NCBI RefSeq assembly: GCF_006345805.1 | Contig: NW_021832228.1 | Coordinates: forward strand, 1-64,000 | Length of the DNA stretch: 64,000 nucleotides | Direction of reading: 5' to 3' | From: Octopus sinensis | Lineage: Eukaryota | The notes under the pieces: model-generated | The model's input: the letters and a program-made list of their open reading frames with translations, nothing else | Told to the model about the DNA's origin: nothing | Database searches by the model: none | Position numbers and translations under genes: made by a program | Shown: one piece after another, positions 1-13,322 of the stretch | Numbering within the stretch: the stretch's first letter is position 1 | Layout of the letters: each line of letters begins with the position of its first letter

Positions 1-599
1 CGTGGGATTTGGCTTTTCAATACATCAAACCATTGTTCATAATTGTTCCTTGAGGGATAAATTTTTTAAAATTGGAAATAAGAGCATTAAGGTAATCGAC
101 TGCTGGAGCTGTCAAGCGAAAGCTGTAGATGTTAAAATTATTCAGAGAATTTGAGCAAGGCGATATTCGTCCCAAAAAGCTCTTTTATAGTTAATGAAAA
201 GATGGCGTACTGGGTCAATGTTAGATTTCAGAACATTCTCAATCGGAATAGCTGATCATGCGATTAACCTTTAGTGCCTTTATCCTCAATAAAGATTTAA
301 AAACGTTCTAATTATAATTTAATTATGGTCAGTAGTTAGGTCACGAACGACCTTTAGGAGGTGAAAGAGGCCAGAATAGAGGTACACAGTGAGATATTTT
401 GGAAAGAAAATGAGTTGCCTTTTCATGACATAGTTTTAGTATGAGATATAGAATTATTGAGGATAATTTAAGCATCGGAAGAAATCCGGTTTAAAGGAGG
501 GTGATTGTGAGTCTTTTGTAGTTAATTCGACAACATAGACAAACATGCTACCATTAGAAAGTCACTAACATAGACAAACATAAAAATCAACGAACCAAC

Positions 600-960
600 C
601 TGTTTAACGAAAGAGAGAGTTACGGAAATTTCAATGATTATCGGCTGAATTAAAGTCTTCGCTGAGTTCTGGTATTTGTTAGCTCTGTTTTTTGTATGCT
701 TTTGCTGCTAACCTCGGATTAGAGGCCGAGTTAGCGAGATTGAACTTCGAGAATGAGTTCCATTTTCACTGAAGAGCATAGGGGATTCCAATTAAGCTGG
801 AATGTACTCGGAATCAAAGGCGTCCTTAATGATTTTGTTGAGTGCTTTATGTCTCGGAAAATGCCCTGTACTGCGTCTACAAGAGGCATATCTGCCCAGT
901 TCATTTAGAGTCGATCCACATTTGCATCCGCGTGTGGAAAGCATATTTTCAAAATAGATG
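600..960 (-). pseudogene. CRE-clade non-LTR retrotransposon relic (zinc knuckle/RLE region)
   Basis: Minus frame CKCGSTLNELGRYASCRRSTGHFPRHKALNKIIKDAFD parallels CRCGSTVDPFGLHPLSCQRSPRRFPRHTALKDII of the CRE copy at 18.8 kb. Stops follow; left boundary approximate. Confidence 0.6.
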
Positions 961-973
961 TAGGCATATACCA

Positions 974-1130
974 AATGACCAGAGAGTCTGTTAAAGACAA
1001 TCTTTTCCATTGTCTTAGAGAAAGCACAAATGAGGCTAATTGGCCGGTAGTTCTGTGCCAGGAATGTCGATTTACCAGATTTTGGAATCATTCGAACAAT
1101 CGTATGCTTCCACGCCGATGGAAGGTGTCC
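974..1130 (-). mobile_element. 157-bp fragment of the RT region of the intact LINE at 32.9-37.4 kb
   Basis: Near-identical to about 34012-34168 (IPKSGKST.LAQNYRPISLICAFSKTMEKIVFNRLSGH). Also present near 6631, 22830 and 27421. Confidence 0.9.
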
Positions 1131-1214
1131 AAATTAATTCCATAAATTAACTTCTGTTAAAAGGAAAATAAAAAAGATTTTATATTAAAAACAAACATTA
1201 CTAAATACAAAAAA

Positions 1215-3631
1215 GGTACTGTTGCATTTTATCCTGCACGAAAATAGTTTCTAAATGAATTAATGCAAATTTTTATGAATATTAAATCGAAAATTTAAAA
1301 AATTGAACTATGCCGATTTTGTAAATTTTATTCTAATTTTTTTAAAAAAATGATACAGTTGTCATGCGAAAATTTGCAAAACTGAAGGACTATGAACTTC
1401 CCCGTACTTGAAATGAAGTCAGTTGCCTTCCTTCAAGAGGTTGGAATTTTTTCAAAGAAAAAAAATGTCAAAACAGACATTTTATGACCCTTCTCCAACA
1501 GCAGGAGAATACAACATGGGTGTGCTATAAAAGTGGGTGTCGAACATATAGTTCTATTAGAAACGGTATAAGAGAGTACTTTATTTTTAGGTACGTGGCT
1601 CGAAGGCACGAAAGTGACCTTACAGTCATGTATTCGCTTTATGTACATGTGGAGTTTCGACAGACACAGTATTTTTTTGTAGATCCGAGCACAGGTGCAC
1701 ATACACAGAATGTTGAGAGGTTCAGATAATAATTATATATGAAAATATAGAATGTGGGGGTGCGCAAAATGGCGCAATAAGAGACAAAGGGGGACCCCGC
1801 GTCACTTCATGGGTGCATATTTTGCAGGTATTAAATACTCCTGATACATTTATAAAATTTTTATGGAGAAGGCAAGTGATCCATTCAGACAACTCCTTCG
1901 ATGAGCTAATAGATGTCATCGTCAAATTTTATCCGCCGAATATCACGCTTCGTACTACTAGCTGACCTTTTTTATTGTAATAAGATTTTTTCACTGAGGG
2001 AATGATGATAAGCATCTTTATTAACCAACAACTGTGTCTTTTTAGATAGGTGGTCGTTAATAGCTCAGATTTAATTTTGTCGGCATTGTTTTGACACCAC
2101 TAAGCAGCTTAAAAATTCAAATTTTTTTAAAAAAAAATTAGAATAAAATTTACAAAATCGGCATAGTTCAATTTTTTAAATTTTTGATCTAATATTCATA
2201 AAATTTTCATTAATTCATTTAGAGCAGGGGTCGGCAAATCGCGGCCCGCGGGCCAAATTAGGCCCAGAAAGATTTAAAAATGGCCCGCAAACAAATTTAT
2301 AATACTAAGGGAATTTGGCCCGCCGACAAATTTAGTAAAGAATTACAACAGACGGGGCTCCATCTATGGTTGGGAAAAAAAGGGAACTATTACATTACTC
2401 CAAAATGAAATGGAAAAATTTGGAATTGAGCACAATTTGGTTAAGATTCACTGTATTGTTCATCAAGAGGCGTTAGTTGTCAAATCAGTCAGGTTACGTG
2501 AGACAATAAATGCTGTTTTTAATGCAGTAAATTTTATTTTATCCCGCGGCTTGAATCATCGGCAGTTCAGGCAATTTTTAATCGACACTGAAGCAGAATA
2601 TGAGGATCTTTTATATTTTTGTAATGTCAGATGGCTTAGTAGAGGATCAATGCTCAAAAGGTTTTTTCATATACGGGAAGATTTTATAATTTTTCTTGAA
2701 GAAAAGAATTATGATGCTTCATATTTCCGAAATACTGATATTTTCAAATTGGCATTTTTTGTAGACATAACTTCACATCTAAATGACTTAAATTTGAAAC
2801 TGCAGGGAAGTAATAAATTTATACCTTAAATGTATGCCGAAATCACTGCTTTTGAAAATAAATTGAAGTTGTGGGAATTACAGTTACAAAAAGGAAACAT
2901 GACGCATTTTGTGAATTTTCTTTCTACGAATCCGACTGATGTTCCGGAATATGCAAACATAGTTATGGAATTGAGATCAGAATTTTCATCACGTTTTATG
3001 GATTTAAGAATAAAATGCGCATATATAATTTTTTAGGCTCATAAAAATCTTTTCAACATTTTTTCAATCTCATTTGATGTTGAAACTGAGACAGTACCAG
3101 GGTGTTATCAAATGGAATTACTTAAAATTCAATGCGACAGTACACTTAAATCAAAATATTTTTTTGAAATGGATATTTTGAGCTTCTACAAAAATTTTGT
3201 ATGTGTCAGAAAATATCCGCAATTAACCGACAATGCTATGAAAATGGCTTGTATATTTGGAAGCACATTTTTATGTGAACAATTATTCTCTAAAATGAAT
3301 AATGTAAAAAATTGTCTGAGAACGAGGATTACCGATTCACATCTTAACGATATATTACGTTTAGAAACTAGTCAGATTAATGAGTAAAATAAATTCACTT
3401 CTTTATAATCATTTTTAACTGATGAATTTTTATTTCGTAAGAAAGTTGCAAAAAAAACTTGATAAAGAAAGATCGCAATGTGCAAACGTTGCCTTATTTT
3501 TGTGACCGATAAGGATTTTTCCCGTTTGGCCCGGATCGCATACAAAAAAAAATTTTGGCCCGCGAAGACAAAAATCCTGCCGACCCCTGATTTAGAGGAT
3601 ATTTTCGTGCAGGATGAAATGCAACAGTACC
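1215..3631 (+). mobile_element. Merlin/ISXO2-like DNA transposon, internally deleted, with nested hAT (copy 1)
   Basis: ~135-bp TIRs starting GGTACTGTTGCATT (GGNRM-type terminus); right TIR split by the hAT. Spliced peptides WVCYKSGCRTYSSIRNG/TWLEGTKVTL, VDPSTGAHTQNVER/MWGCAKWRNKRQRG, FLWRR. CAAAAAA on both flanks. Confidence 0.85.
2225..3589 (+). mobile_element. hAT (Buster/Charlie/SPIN-like) element, internally deleted, pseudogenised transposase (copy 1)
   Basis: TIR CAGGGGTCGGCA...TGCCGACCCCTG; 8-bp TSD ATTTAGAG (2217-2224, 3590-3597). Motifs HCIVHQEAL, VRWLSRG, GSTFLCEQLFSKM; in-frame stops. Confidence 0.95.
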
Positions 3632-3932
3632 CAAAAAAAAATCAAAAGTGCGCCAAAAAAAATTGTTTTTTTGATATCTTCTTTTTTTCTATTTTTATTA
3701 GAGATTCTCCCGAATTTTATACCTAAATAAATTAAAACGTATTGTAATAAGTGTTGATATCCGGGTATTATCGCGATCTATCATGATAAATTAATACAAA
3801 ATTGTCTAAATGACATTCATTTCATATAAAAATCATAAAACTAGATCAAAGACTTTGAAAATCAATCAATATATATTCGCATTACTTAAATTTACCGCAT
3901 TATTGTAATAATAAATTTTAAATAAAACTAAC

Positions 3933-4199
3933 CATCTCTCGACATTCCAGATTGGAGACATTTTGTGTATCGACAATACTTACATCTATTCCTTGTAATT
4001 TTGTCGACTACACACGCTCCATTTTTTGGACATGTATACTTTTTATCAGCATTTAAAGATTCTGTCCTGTGGAAAAAAGACTAAATGCAAGGAAACGTTA
4101 ATCTACAAAGTACCTTGCAACCATTACATGTTGCGACTCCGTAGTGATTTCCTGATGCACGGTCGCCACAAATTCTGCATGAAATTCCATAATAATTTC
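3933..4199 (-). CDS. Nuclear hormone receptor C4 zinc-finger DNA-binding domain, 2 exons (copy 1; partial gene)
   Basis: Spliced [22 protein letters not shown]^[49 protein letters not shown]. The 33-nt GT-AG intron ends in an in-frame TAG, so splicing is required. Start codon and LBD not found. Confidence 0.85.
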
Positions 4200-4702
4200 C
4201 TATATAAAGAGTTTTAGATTTTAAGTAATTCCGTCATTTAGCAAGAAACAATAAAATGACTATTAATATAATTAAAATCATTTGTATTTTTTAACACTTA
4301 TAAAAATGTCTCTAATCATTCATTTGAACAGTAAAATGTACATAAAATCAGTATATTGTGATTGCTCAATTAACACTTAAGTAGTTATTATCACACCGTG
4401 AGACTGCAATAAGTAAAAAACCTTCCATCATGTATAATAAAATGACAAATTCGCACGATAATTATATTTTTAACGATGTCATGACGGCAAACAAGGACAG
4501 ATTTACATTATTTGAATAAAAGTTCAAAGATAAATATGTTAATAAAGTGAATCATGGTATGATAATTAGGTATATTTAATTAGCAGCAGAGGATAGGATG
4601 GAATGGCACGCAAGATGGCTATTGATATGCGTTGGAAAAGCCATGTCCGTTCCCGATGATCATTTCTCCTTCTGCTTGCCAAATCCCCCAGTTTAATAAG
4701 AA

Positions 4703-6170
4703 ATTACTCCCTAAGTGGACTATTCAGAGGACTGCCTTTATAGGGGGTACATTACTCCCTAAGTGGACTATTCAGAGGACTGCCTTTATAGGGGGTACAT
4801 TACTCCCTAAGTGGACTATTCAGAGGACTGCCTTTATAGGGGGTACATTACTCCCTAAGTGGACTATTCAGAGGACTGCCTTTATAGGGGGTACATTACT
4901 CCCTAAGTGGACTATTCAGAGGACTGCCTTTATAGGGGGTACATTACTCCCTAAGTGGACTATTCAGAGGACTGCCTTTATAGGGGTACATTACTCCCTA
5001 AGTGGACTATTCAGAGGACTGCCTTTATAGGGGGTACATTACTCCCTAAGTGGACTATTCAGAGGACTGCCTTTATAGGGGGTACATTACTCCCTAAGTG
5101 GACTATTCAGAGGACTGCCTTTATAGGGGGTACATTACTCCCTAAGTGGACTATTCAGAGGACTGCCTTTATAGGGGGTACATTACTCCCTAAGTGGACT
5201 ATTCAGAGGACTGCCTTTAAGGGGGTACATTACTCCTAAGTGGACTATCAGAGGACTGCCTTTATAGGGGTACATTACTCCCTAAGTGGACTATTCAGAG
5301 GACTGCCTTTATAGGGGGTACATTACTCCTAAGTGACTATTCAGAGGACTGCCTTTATAGGGGGTACATTACTCCCTAGTGGACTATTCAGAGGACTGCC
5401 TTTATAGGGGGTACATTACTCTCTAAGTGGACTATTCAGAGGACTGCCTTTATAGGGGGTACATTACTCCCTAGTGGACTATTCAGAGGACTGCCTTTAT
5501 AGGGGGTACATTACTCCCTAAGTGGACTATTCAGAGGACTGCCTTTATAGGGGGTACATTACTCCCAAAGTGGACTATTCAGAGGACTGCCTTTATAGGG
5601 GGTACATTACTCCTAAGTGGACTACTCAGAGGACTGCCTTTATAGGGGGTACATTACCTCCCAATTAGACTACTCAGAAGACTCCCTTTATAGGGGTACA
5701 TTACCTCTATTAGACTACTCAGAAGACTGCCTTTATAGGGGGTACATTACCTCCCAATAGCTACTCAGAAGACCCCTTATAGGGGTACATTACTCCCTAA
5801 TGGACTATCAGAGGACTGCTTTATAGGGGGTACATTACCTCCCAATAGACTCCAGAAGACTCCCTTTATAGGGGGTACATTACCTTCTAATTAGACTACT
5901 CAGAAGACTGCCTTTATAGGGGGTACATTACCTCCCAATTAGACTACTCAGAAGACTCCCTTTATAGGGGGTACATTACTCCCTAAGTGGACTATTCAGA
6001 GGACTGCCTTTATAGGGGGTACATTACTCCCTAACTGGACTATTCAGAGGACTGCCTTTATAGGGGGTACATTACCTCCCAATTAGACTACTCAGAAGAC
6101 TCCCTTTATAGGGGGTACATTACCTCCTAATTAGACTACTCAGAAGACTGCCTTTATAGGGGGTACATTA
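4703..6170 (+). repeat. 48-bp tandem satellite, array 1
   Basis: Unit TTACTCCCTAAGTGGACTATTCAGAGGACTGCCTTTATAGGGGGTACA, about 30 copies, with variants CCTCC(C/T)AATTAGACTACTCAGAAGACT(C/G)CC. Confidence 0.98.
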
Positions 6171-6630
6171 CACAAAATCTCTATTCCAGAAAACAAAAGA
6201 CACATCATTTCTACTCTGGCCAATCAATGTAGATGTCTTTCAAAAATACTCTCAACCAACAACGGGAAAACTGCGAATAAACTAATCCATGACCACATCT
6301 CCACTCGTGCTATCAGGATGCTCAAAAACAACAAACTTCTCAACTCTCCCCCCCCCCGCCGGTCCACTCCTCAGAGCAATCACTCGGCAGATATCTCCGT
6401 GTCCAGCTTGCTCAGATTCGCTCGGGACATCATCCACTGATTTTCGAAACATACCGTTCCTTCACCCCTGAAGACCTTTTCCCCTGTCCTGGACCGCCTC
6501 ATTTGTCTCCGCCTATTGGGATTCGGGATCTCTGGGAGCGCCCGATCTTCGCGTCTCGCTACCTGATTGCAGCCGGCTTCCTACGTGTTAGTGAAGCCAG
6601 GGTAACATAACTAACTAACTAACTAACTAT
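6171..6630 (+). mobile_element. 3' end of Ingi/Vingi-like LINE with (TAAC)n tail
   Basis: Peptide LIHDHISTRAIRMLKNNKLLNSPPP resembles the C-terminus of the 47.5-52.9 kb element. Ends GGGTAACATAACTAACTAACTAACTAAC. Confidence 0.8.
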
Positions 6631-6870
6631 ATGACCAGAGAGTCTGTTAAAGACAATCTTTTCCATTGTCTTAGAGAAAGCACAAATGAGGCTAATTGGC
6701 CGGTAGTTCTGTGCCAGGAATGTCGATTTACCAGATTTTGGAATCATTCGAACAATCGTATGCTTCCACGCCGATGGAAGGTGTCCAAATTAATTCCATA
6801 AATTAACTTCTGTTAAAAGGAAAATAAAAAAGATTTTATATTAAAAACAAACATTACTAAATACAAAAAA

Positions 6871-9296
6871 GGTACTGTTGCATTTTATCCTGCACGAAAA
6901 TAGTTTCTAAATGAATTAATGCAAATTTTTATGAATATTAAATCGAAAATTTAAAAAATTGAACTATGCCGATTTTGTAAATTTTATTCTAATTTTTTTT
7001 AAAAAAATGATACAGTTGTCATGCGAAAATTTGCAAAACTGAAGGACTATGAACTTCCCCGTACTTGAAATGAAGTCAGTTGCCTTCCTTCAAGAGGTTG
7101 GAATTTTTTTCAAAGAAAAAAAATGTCAAAACAGACATTTTATGACCCTTCTCCAACAGCAGGAGAATACAACATGGGTGTGCTATAAAAGTGGGTGTCG
7201 AACATATAGTTCTATTAGAAACGGTATAAGAGAGTACTTTATTTTTAGGTACGTGGCTCGAAGGCACGAAAGTGACCTTACAGTCATGTATTCGCTTTAT
7301 GTACATGTGGAGTTTCGACAGACACAGTATTTTTTTGTAGATCCGAGCACAGGTGCACATACACAGAATGTTGAGAGGTTCAGATAATAATTATATATGA
7401 AAATATAGAATGTGGGGGTGCGCAAAATGGCGCAATAAGAGACAAAGGGGGACCCCGCGTCACTTCATGGGTGCATATTTTGCAGGTATTAAATACTCCT
7501 GATACATTTATAAAATTTTTATGGAGAAGGCAAGTGATCCATTCAGACAACTCCTTCGATGAGCTAATAGATGTCATCGTCAAATTTTATCCGCCGAATA
7601 TCACGCTTCGTACTACTAGCTGACCTTTTTTATTGTAATAAAGATTTTTTCACTGAGGGAATGATGATAAGCATCTTTATTAACCAACAACTGTGTCTTT
7701 TTAGATAGGTGGTCGTTAATAGCTCAGATTTAATTTTGTCGGCATTGTTTTGACACCACTAAGCAGCTTAAAAATTCAAATTTTTTTAAAAAAAAATTAG
7801 AATAAAATTTACAAAATCGGCATAGTTCAATTTTTTAAATTTTTGATCTAATATTCATAAAAATTTTCATTAATTCATTTAGAGCAGGGGTCGGCAAATC
7901 GCGGCCCGCGGGCCAAATTAGGCCCAGAAAGATTTAAAAATGGCCCGCAAACAAATTTTATAATACTAAGGGAATTTGGCCCGCCGACAAATTTAGTAAA
8001 GAATTACAACAGACGGGGCTCCATCTATGGTTGGGAAAAAAAAGGGAACTATTACATTACTCCAAAATGAAATGGAAAAATTTGGAATTGAGCACAATTT
8101 GGTTAAGATTCACTGTATTGTTCATCAAGAGGCGTTAGTTGTCAAATCAGTCAGGTTACGTGAGACAATAAATGCTGTTTTTAATGCAGTAAATTTTATT
8201 TTATCCCGCGGCTTGAATCATCGGCAGTTCAGGCAAATTTTAATCGACACTGAAGCAGAATATGAGGATCTTTTATATTTTTGTAATGTCAGATGGCTTA
8301 GTAGAGGATCAATGCTCAAAAGGTTTTTTCATATACGGGAAGATTTTATAATTTTTCTTGAAGAAAAGAATTATGATGCTTCATATTTCCGAAATACTGA
8401 TATTTTCAAATTGGCATTTTTTGTAGACATAACTTCACATCTAAATGACTTAAATTTGAAACTGCAGGGAAGTAATAAATTTATACCTTAAATGTATGCC
8501 GAAATCACTGCTTTTGAAAATAAATTGAAGTTGTGGGAATTACAGTTACAAAAAGGAAACATGACGCATTTTGTGAATTTTCTTTCTACGAATCCGACTG
8601 ATGTTCCGGAATATGCAAACATAGTTATGGAATTGAGATCAGAATTTTCATCACGTTTTATGGATTTAAGAATAAAATGCGCATATATAATTTTTTAGGC
8701 TCATAAAAATCTTTTCAACATTTTTTCAATCTCATTTGATGTTGAAACTGAGACAGTACCAGGGTGTTATCAAATGGAATTACTTAAAATTCAATGCGAC
8801 AGTACACTTAAATCAAAATATTTTTTTGAAATGGATATTTTGAGCTTCTACAAAAATTTTGTATGTGTCAGAAAATATCCGCAATTAACCGACAATGCTA
8901 TGAAAATGGCTTGTATATTTGGAAGCACATTTTTATGTGAACAATTATTCTCTAAAATGAATAATGTAAAAAATTGTCTGAGAACGAGGATTACCGATTC
9001 ACATCTTAACGATATATTACGTTTAGAAACTAGTCAGATTAATGAGTAAAATAAATTCACTTCTTTATAATCATTTTTAACTGATGAATTTTTATTTCGT
9101 AAGAAAGTTGCAAAAAAAAACTTGATAAAGAAAGATCGCAATGTGCAAACGTTGCCTTATTTTTGTGACCGATAAGGATTTTTTCCCGTTTGGCCCGGAT
9201 CGCATACAAAAATAAAATTTTGGCCCGCGAAGACAAAAATCCTGCCGACCCCTGATTTAGAGGATATTTTCGTGCAGGATGAAATGCAACAGTACC
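6871..9296 (+). mobile_element. Merlin-like element with nested hAT (7886-9254) (copy 2)
   Basis: Same TIRs, TSD ATTTAGAG and ORFs as 1215-3631. Confidence 0.9.
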
Positions 9297-9595
9297 CAAA
9301 AAAAAATCAAAAGTGCGCCAAAAAAAATTGTTTTTTTGATATCTTCTTTTTTTCTATTTTTATTAGAGATTCTCCCGAATTTTATACCTAAATAAATTAA
9401 AACGTATTGTAATAAGTGTTGATATCCGGGTATTATCGCGATCTATCATGATAAATTAATACAAAATTGTCTAAATGACATTCATTTCATAAAAATCATA
9501 AAACTAGATCAAAGACTTTGAAAATCAATCAATATATATTCGCATTACTTAAATTTACCGCATTATTGTAATAATAAATTTTAAATAAAACTAAC

Positions 9596-9862
9596 CATCT
9601 CTCGACATTCCAGATTGGAGACATTTTGTGTATCGACAATACTTACATCTATTCCTTGTAATTTTGTCGACTACACACGCTCCATTTTTTGGACATGTAT
9701 ACTTTTTATCAGCATTTAAAGATTCTGTCCTGTGGAAAAAAGACTAAATGCAAGGAAACGTTAATCTACAAAGTACCTTGCAACCATTACATGTTGCGAC
9801 TCCGTAGTGATTTCCTGATGCACGGTCGCCACAAATTCTGCATGAAATTCCATAATAATTTC
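9596..9862 (-). CDS. Nuclear receptor DBD exons (copy 2)
   Basis: Same sequence as 3933-4199. Confidence 0.85.
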
Positions 9863-10237
9863 CTATATAAAGAGTTTTAGATTTTAAGTAATTCCGTCAT
9901 TTAGCAAGAAACAATAAAATGACTATTAATATAATTAAAATCATTTGTATTTTTTAACACTTATAAAAATGTCTCTAATCATTCATTTGAACAGTAAAAT
10001 GTACATAAAATCAGTATATGTGATTGCTCAATTAACACTTAAGTAGTTATTATCACACCGTGAGACTGCAATAAGTAAAAAACCTTCCATCATGTATAAT
10101 AAAATGACAAATTCGCACGATAATTATATTTTTAACGATGTCATGACGGCAAACAAGGACAGATTTACATTATTTGAATAAAAGTTCAAAGATAAATATG
10201 TTAATAAAGTGAATCATGGTATGATAATTAGGTATAT

Positions 10238-11880
10238 TTAATTAGCAGCAGAGGATAGGATGGAATGGCACGCAAGATGGCTATTGATATGCGTTGGAAA
10301 AGCCATGTCCGTTCCCGATGATCATTTCTCCTTCTGCTTGCCAAATCCCCCAGTTTAATAAGAAATTTTTTAGTTCTGGGGCCGAGGACTCCCGATGTCT
10401 CCACTGCGATCAGAGCAAAGATGTGGCGGTGAGATAATGCACTGTATTTCTTGATTTTTAGCGTTTCGGCCAGGTTGGCTGCGGAGCCCTGCTCTGAAGC
10501 CGACGACAAGATGTTCCCGGCGGAGAAGGTATCCGTGCGAGTGGCGTCCTAGATGAGAGACTTGCCATTTTCAAATGGAAAGGTCGTTAGACCATCAGGA
10601 CGTTTACCATCCTCCCGAGCCAGCCCGACAGGTTCCAGTTGTGAAGGGAATTCGGCAGTTTCCAGGGTTTGCTTGATTATGTCCTTCAGAGCCGTATGTC
10701 GAGGGAAGCGTCTGGGACTTCTTTGGCACGATAACGGGTGCAGTCCAAAGGGGTCAACGGTCGATCCACAGCGACACCGGTGTTCCCGGCATACGTTCAG
10801 ACCTAGGCGCAGTGATATGCCGATCCTCAGGCAATCATCGTCCGATAAGGTTCCAATAGAACCCATTGGGATAGCGGTCAACCAAGCCCCCGAATATGGT
10901 TGTGAGGCAGCCAGTAAGCAAGCCAAGCGATGTTGGTTAAGCTTGGGCTTGAGGTTGTTTAACTTCTGGTCGCAGAGGATCCTGTCCCATTCGACCTGTG
11001 CGTGCGGATTCTGAGGGAGCACAAGAGACAACCCAAGCCAGCGGCTTTTTGCGGCGACTGACTCTGTGTCCAAAGAGGATTCGGAAAAGGGTTGGAGAAT
11101 CTCTTGGACAAGGGTGCTCGTGGCATGTGTGGAGGGAAGGAATGCTGGCAAAGAAAGGTCAGTGGCTGAGCGCACACCGATGCCGCCATGACTGATAGGG
11201 AGTATTGCCTGTTCCCAGCCAAGATCGTCGAATGGTGCATTACATATTGATTCGAGGCAAGTCCTAAAGGCATGGTCGAATCTGGAAAAACTCTCGGGAT
11301 TGGCAAAGCATGGTGCGCTTCTGAGGGTAAACAGTAGTTTAGGAACGGCGAAACAGTTCCTTAATAAGAACAGGGCCGAATGGGAATCGATGACACCAAG
11401 ATTACAGGACATTGACGCAAGGTTTGATGTTTTTTCTGATAAGGTAGAAACAACATTGAAGTGAAAAATTGGGGAACCCAGAATCTTGAGATTTCCGGGC
11501 GAAGTGACATGGATGTTAGGAAGTAATGACTCGATAGAACAATGGGCAACAGAGAAACAGTGGACATCATAACTGATGTTAAAGATTTCAGATTTTCGGG
11601 GATTGATATCAAGGCCAATTGCGTGTAATGCCGGGATTAAAGTTCTCAGATCGTCGAGAACGGATTCGAGTGTACCTCCGATGGTAGCATCGTCCAGATA
11701 CCAAGCATTAAAAACGGAGGATACACTTCTGGGAACGGGATCGATTGCCAGGGCGAAAAGGAGAGGACCCAGAGGATCGCCTTGTTAGCCCCGTTGCAGG
11801 AAGAGATTGAGTGGTCGCCACCGATAAGGAGGCTGGGTCGACCGTAGGCCAAAGAGACCAGACGAGCAATAAAAGGTATG
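10238..11880 (-). pseudogene. CRE-clade RT-RLE retrotransposon, 5'-truncated (left-arm copy)
   Basis: Mirror of 17735-19375. Confidence 0.88.
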
Positions 11881-12341
11881 TAGTTTTCTGAAACAAATTC
11901 TAAAACTTAAGTAAAATTATCATAATGAAGCACGATTTTGTCATTTATAAATCAATAATAAGTATGTGAATTAAGATTTTGACATCACATTACGGTTGTA
12001 TTGTACAACAAAATCTTGGGATTTTTAGTGATTTCAGTAAATATTTTTTAGCCTCTTTAAGGTTTATAGACTGTCTCTTTGAGACCATGGAATGACTAGC
12101 GACTATTTTCACACGAAGATCTATTCTCGTTTATTGTATACTCCATTCTCTTTTTATTTAGCCAATTTTAATCTTCATAGTCAAATAAATTTTCCCACAA
12201 GTGAAAATTAATGTCTGATCACTCAAAAAGTAACTCGAGTAGAAATTTTAATTATTAAAACCACGTGATTATATTGTTCTAGTGGGTAAATTAACCAGGC
12301 AGCGACTTAATATAAAAATTCATTCGTGAAAAAATTTAAAA

Positions 12342-13125
12342 ATACATAACCTAACCTTAACCCTAACCCTAACCCTAACGTTAACCCTAAACATAACCCT
12401 ACCCTTACCCTAACCATAACCCTAAACCTAACCATAACCCTAACCTTAACGCTAACCCCAACCATAATCCAGTAGGTCAGTAGCTCAAAACCATATTGGG
12501 GTCAGTAAGTCAGCTGGTGAAGGCCATAGTGGGAAAATCTAGGGACCTCCCAATATTGTGTAATATATTACGCTATTTCATACATAACCTAACCTTAACC
12601 CTAACCCTCGCTAACCCTAACCATAACCCTACACTTACCTGAACCATAACCCTAACCCTAAACATAACCCTACCCTTACCCTAACCATAACCCTAAACCT
12701 AACCATAACCCTAACCTTAACGCTAACCCCAACCATAATCCAGTAGGTCAGTAGCTCAAAACCATATTGGGGTCAGTAAGTCAGCAGGTGAAGGCCATAG
12801 TGGGAAAATCTAGGGACCTCCCAATATTGTGTAATATATTACGCTATTTCATACATAACCTAACCTTAACCCTAACCCTATCGCTAACCCTAACCATAAC
12901 CCTACACTTACCTGAACCATAACCCTTACCATAACCCTAACGCTAACCCTACCCATAAGCCAGTAGGTCAGTATGTCAAAACCATATTGGGGTGAGTAGC
13001 ATAACCCTAACACTAACCTTAACTTTAACCATGACCATAAATCTAACCCTAGCCATAACCCTAACCCTAACCTAACCTTAACCCTAACGCTAACCCAAAC
13101 CATAACCCTACCCTTACACTAACCA
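12342..13125 (+). repeat. Degenerate (CCCTAA)n telomere-like repeat organised in ~240-270-bp tandem units
   Basis: CCCTAA/CCATAA/CCTTAA/CGCTAA hexamers alternate with a ~115-bp unique module (CCAGTAGGTCAGTAGCTCAAAACCATATTGGGG...). About 3 units. Confidence 0.9.
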
Positions 13126-13322
13126 TGGAGATTTCCCTCTCGTATCCGCAAAATAATTAAAGAGCCAAAGGGGGTGTTTTACATTGAGGTCACAGCATAA
13201 GATGACCCCGTCTATCCGTGCAGGATTGGAGACAATGGATAACCAATACTATTGTTTAAATAAATTTAAGTACATTATATGTTGTTTATTCGATGTTGTT
13301 TCTTTGTTTTTTTTATTTCAAA

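Larger units (their letters stand above)
974..4705 (+). repeat. Direct segmental duplicate of 6631-10367 (LINE fragment + Merlin/hAT + nuclear receptor DBD + CRE 3' stub)
   Basis: Near-identical sequence and ORF set to 6631-10367. Ends at ...GTTTAATAAGAAATT where the 48-bp satellite begins. Confidence 0.95.
6171..13322 (+). repeat. Left arm of ~7.15-kb inverted duplication (partner 16288-23445)
   Basis: Reverse-complement match from CACAAAATCTCTATTCC (6171) to ...TTTTATTTCAA (13322). The ORF track is mirrored on the opposite strand. Confidence 0.97.

Noticed and set aside
4026-4217. 63-aa ORF (and copies at 9689 and 19733), the MVWVSVRVKV ORFs, and many antisense ORFs in the track
   Set aside because: These are shadows of the nuclear receptor exons, telomere-like repeats or transposon ORFs on the opposite strand, with no independent support.
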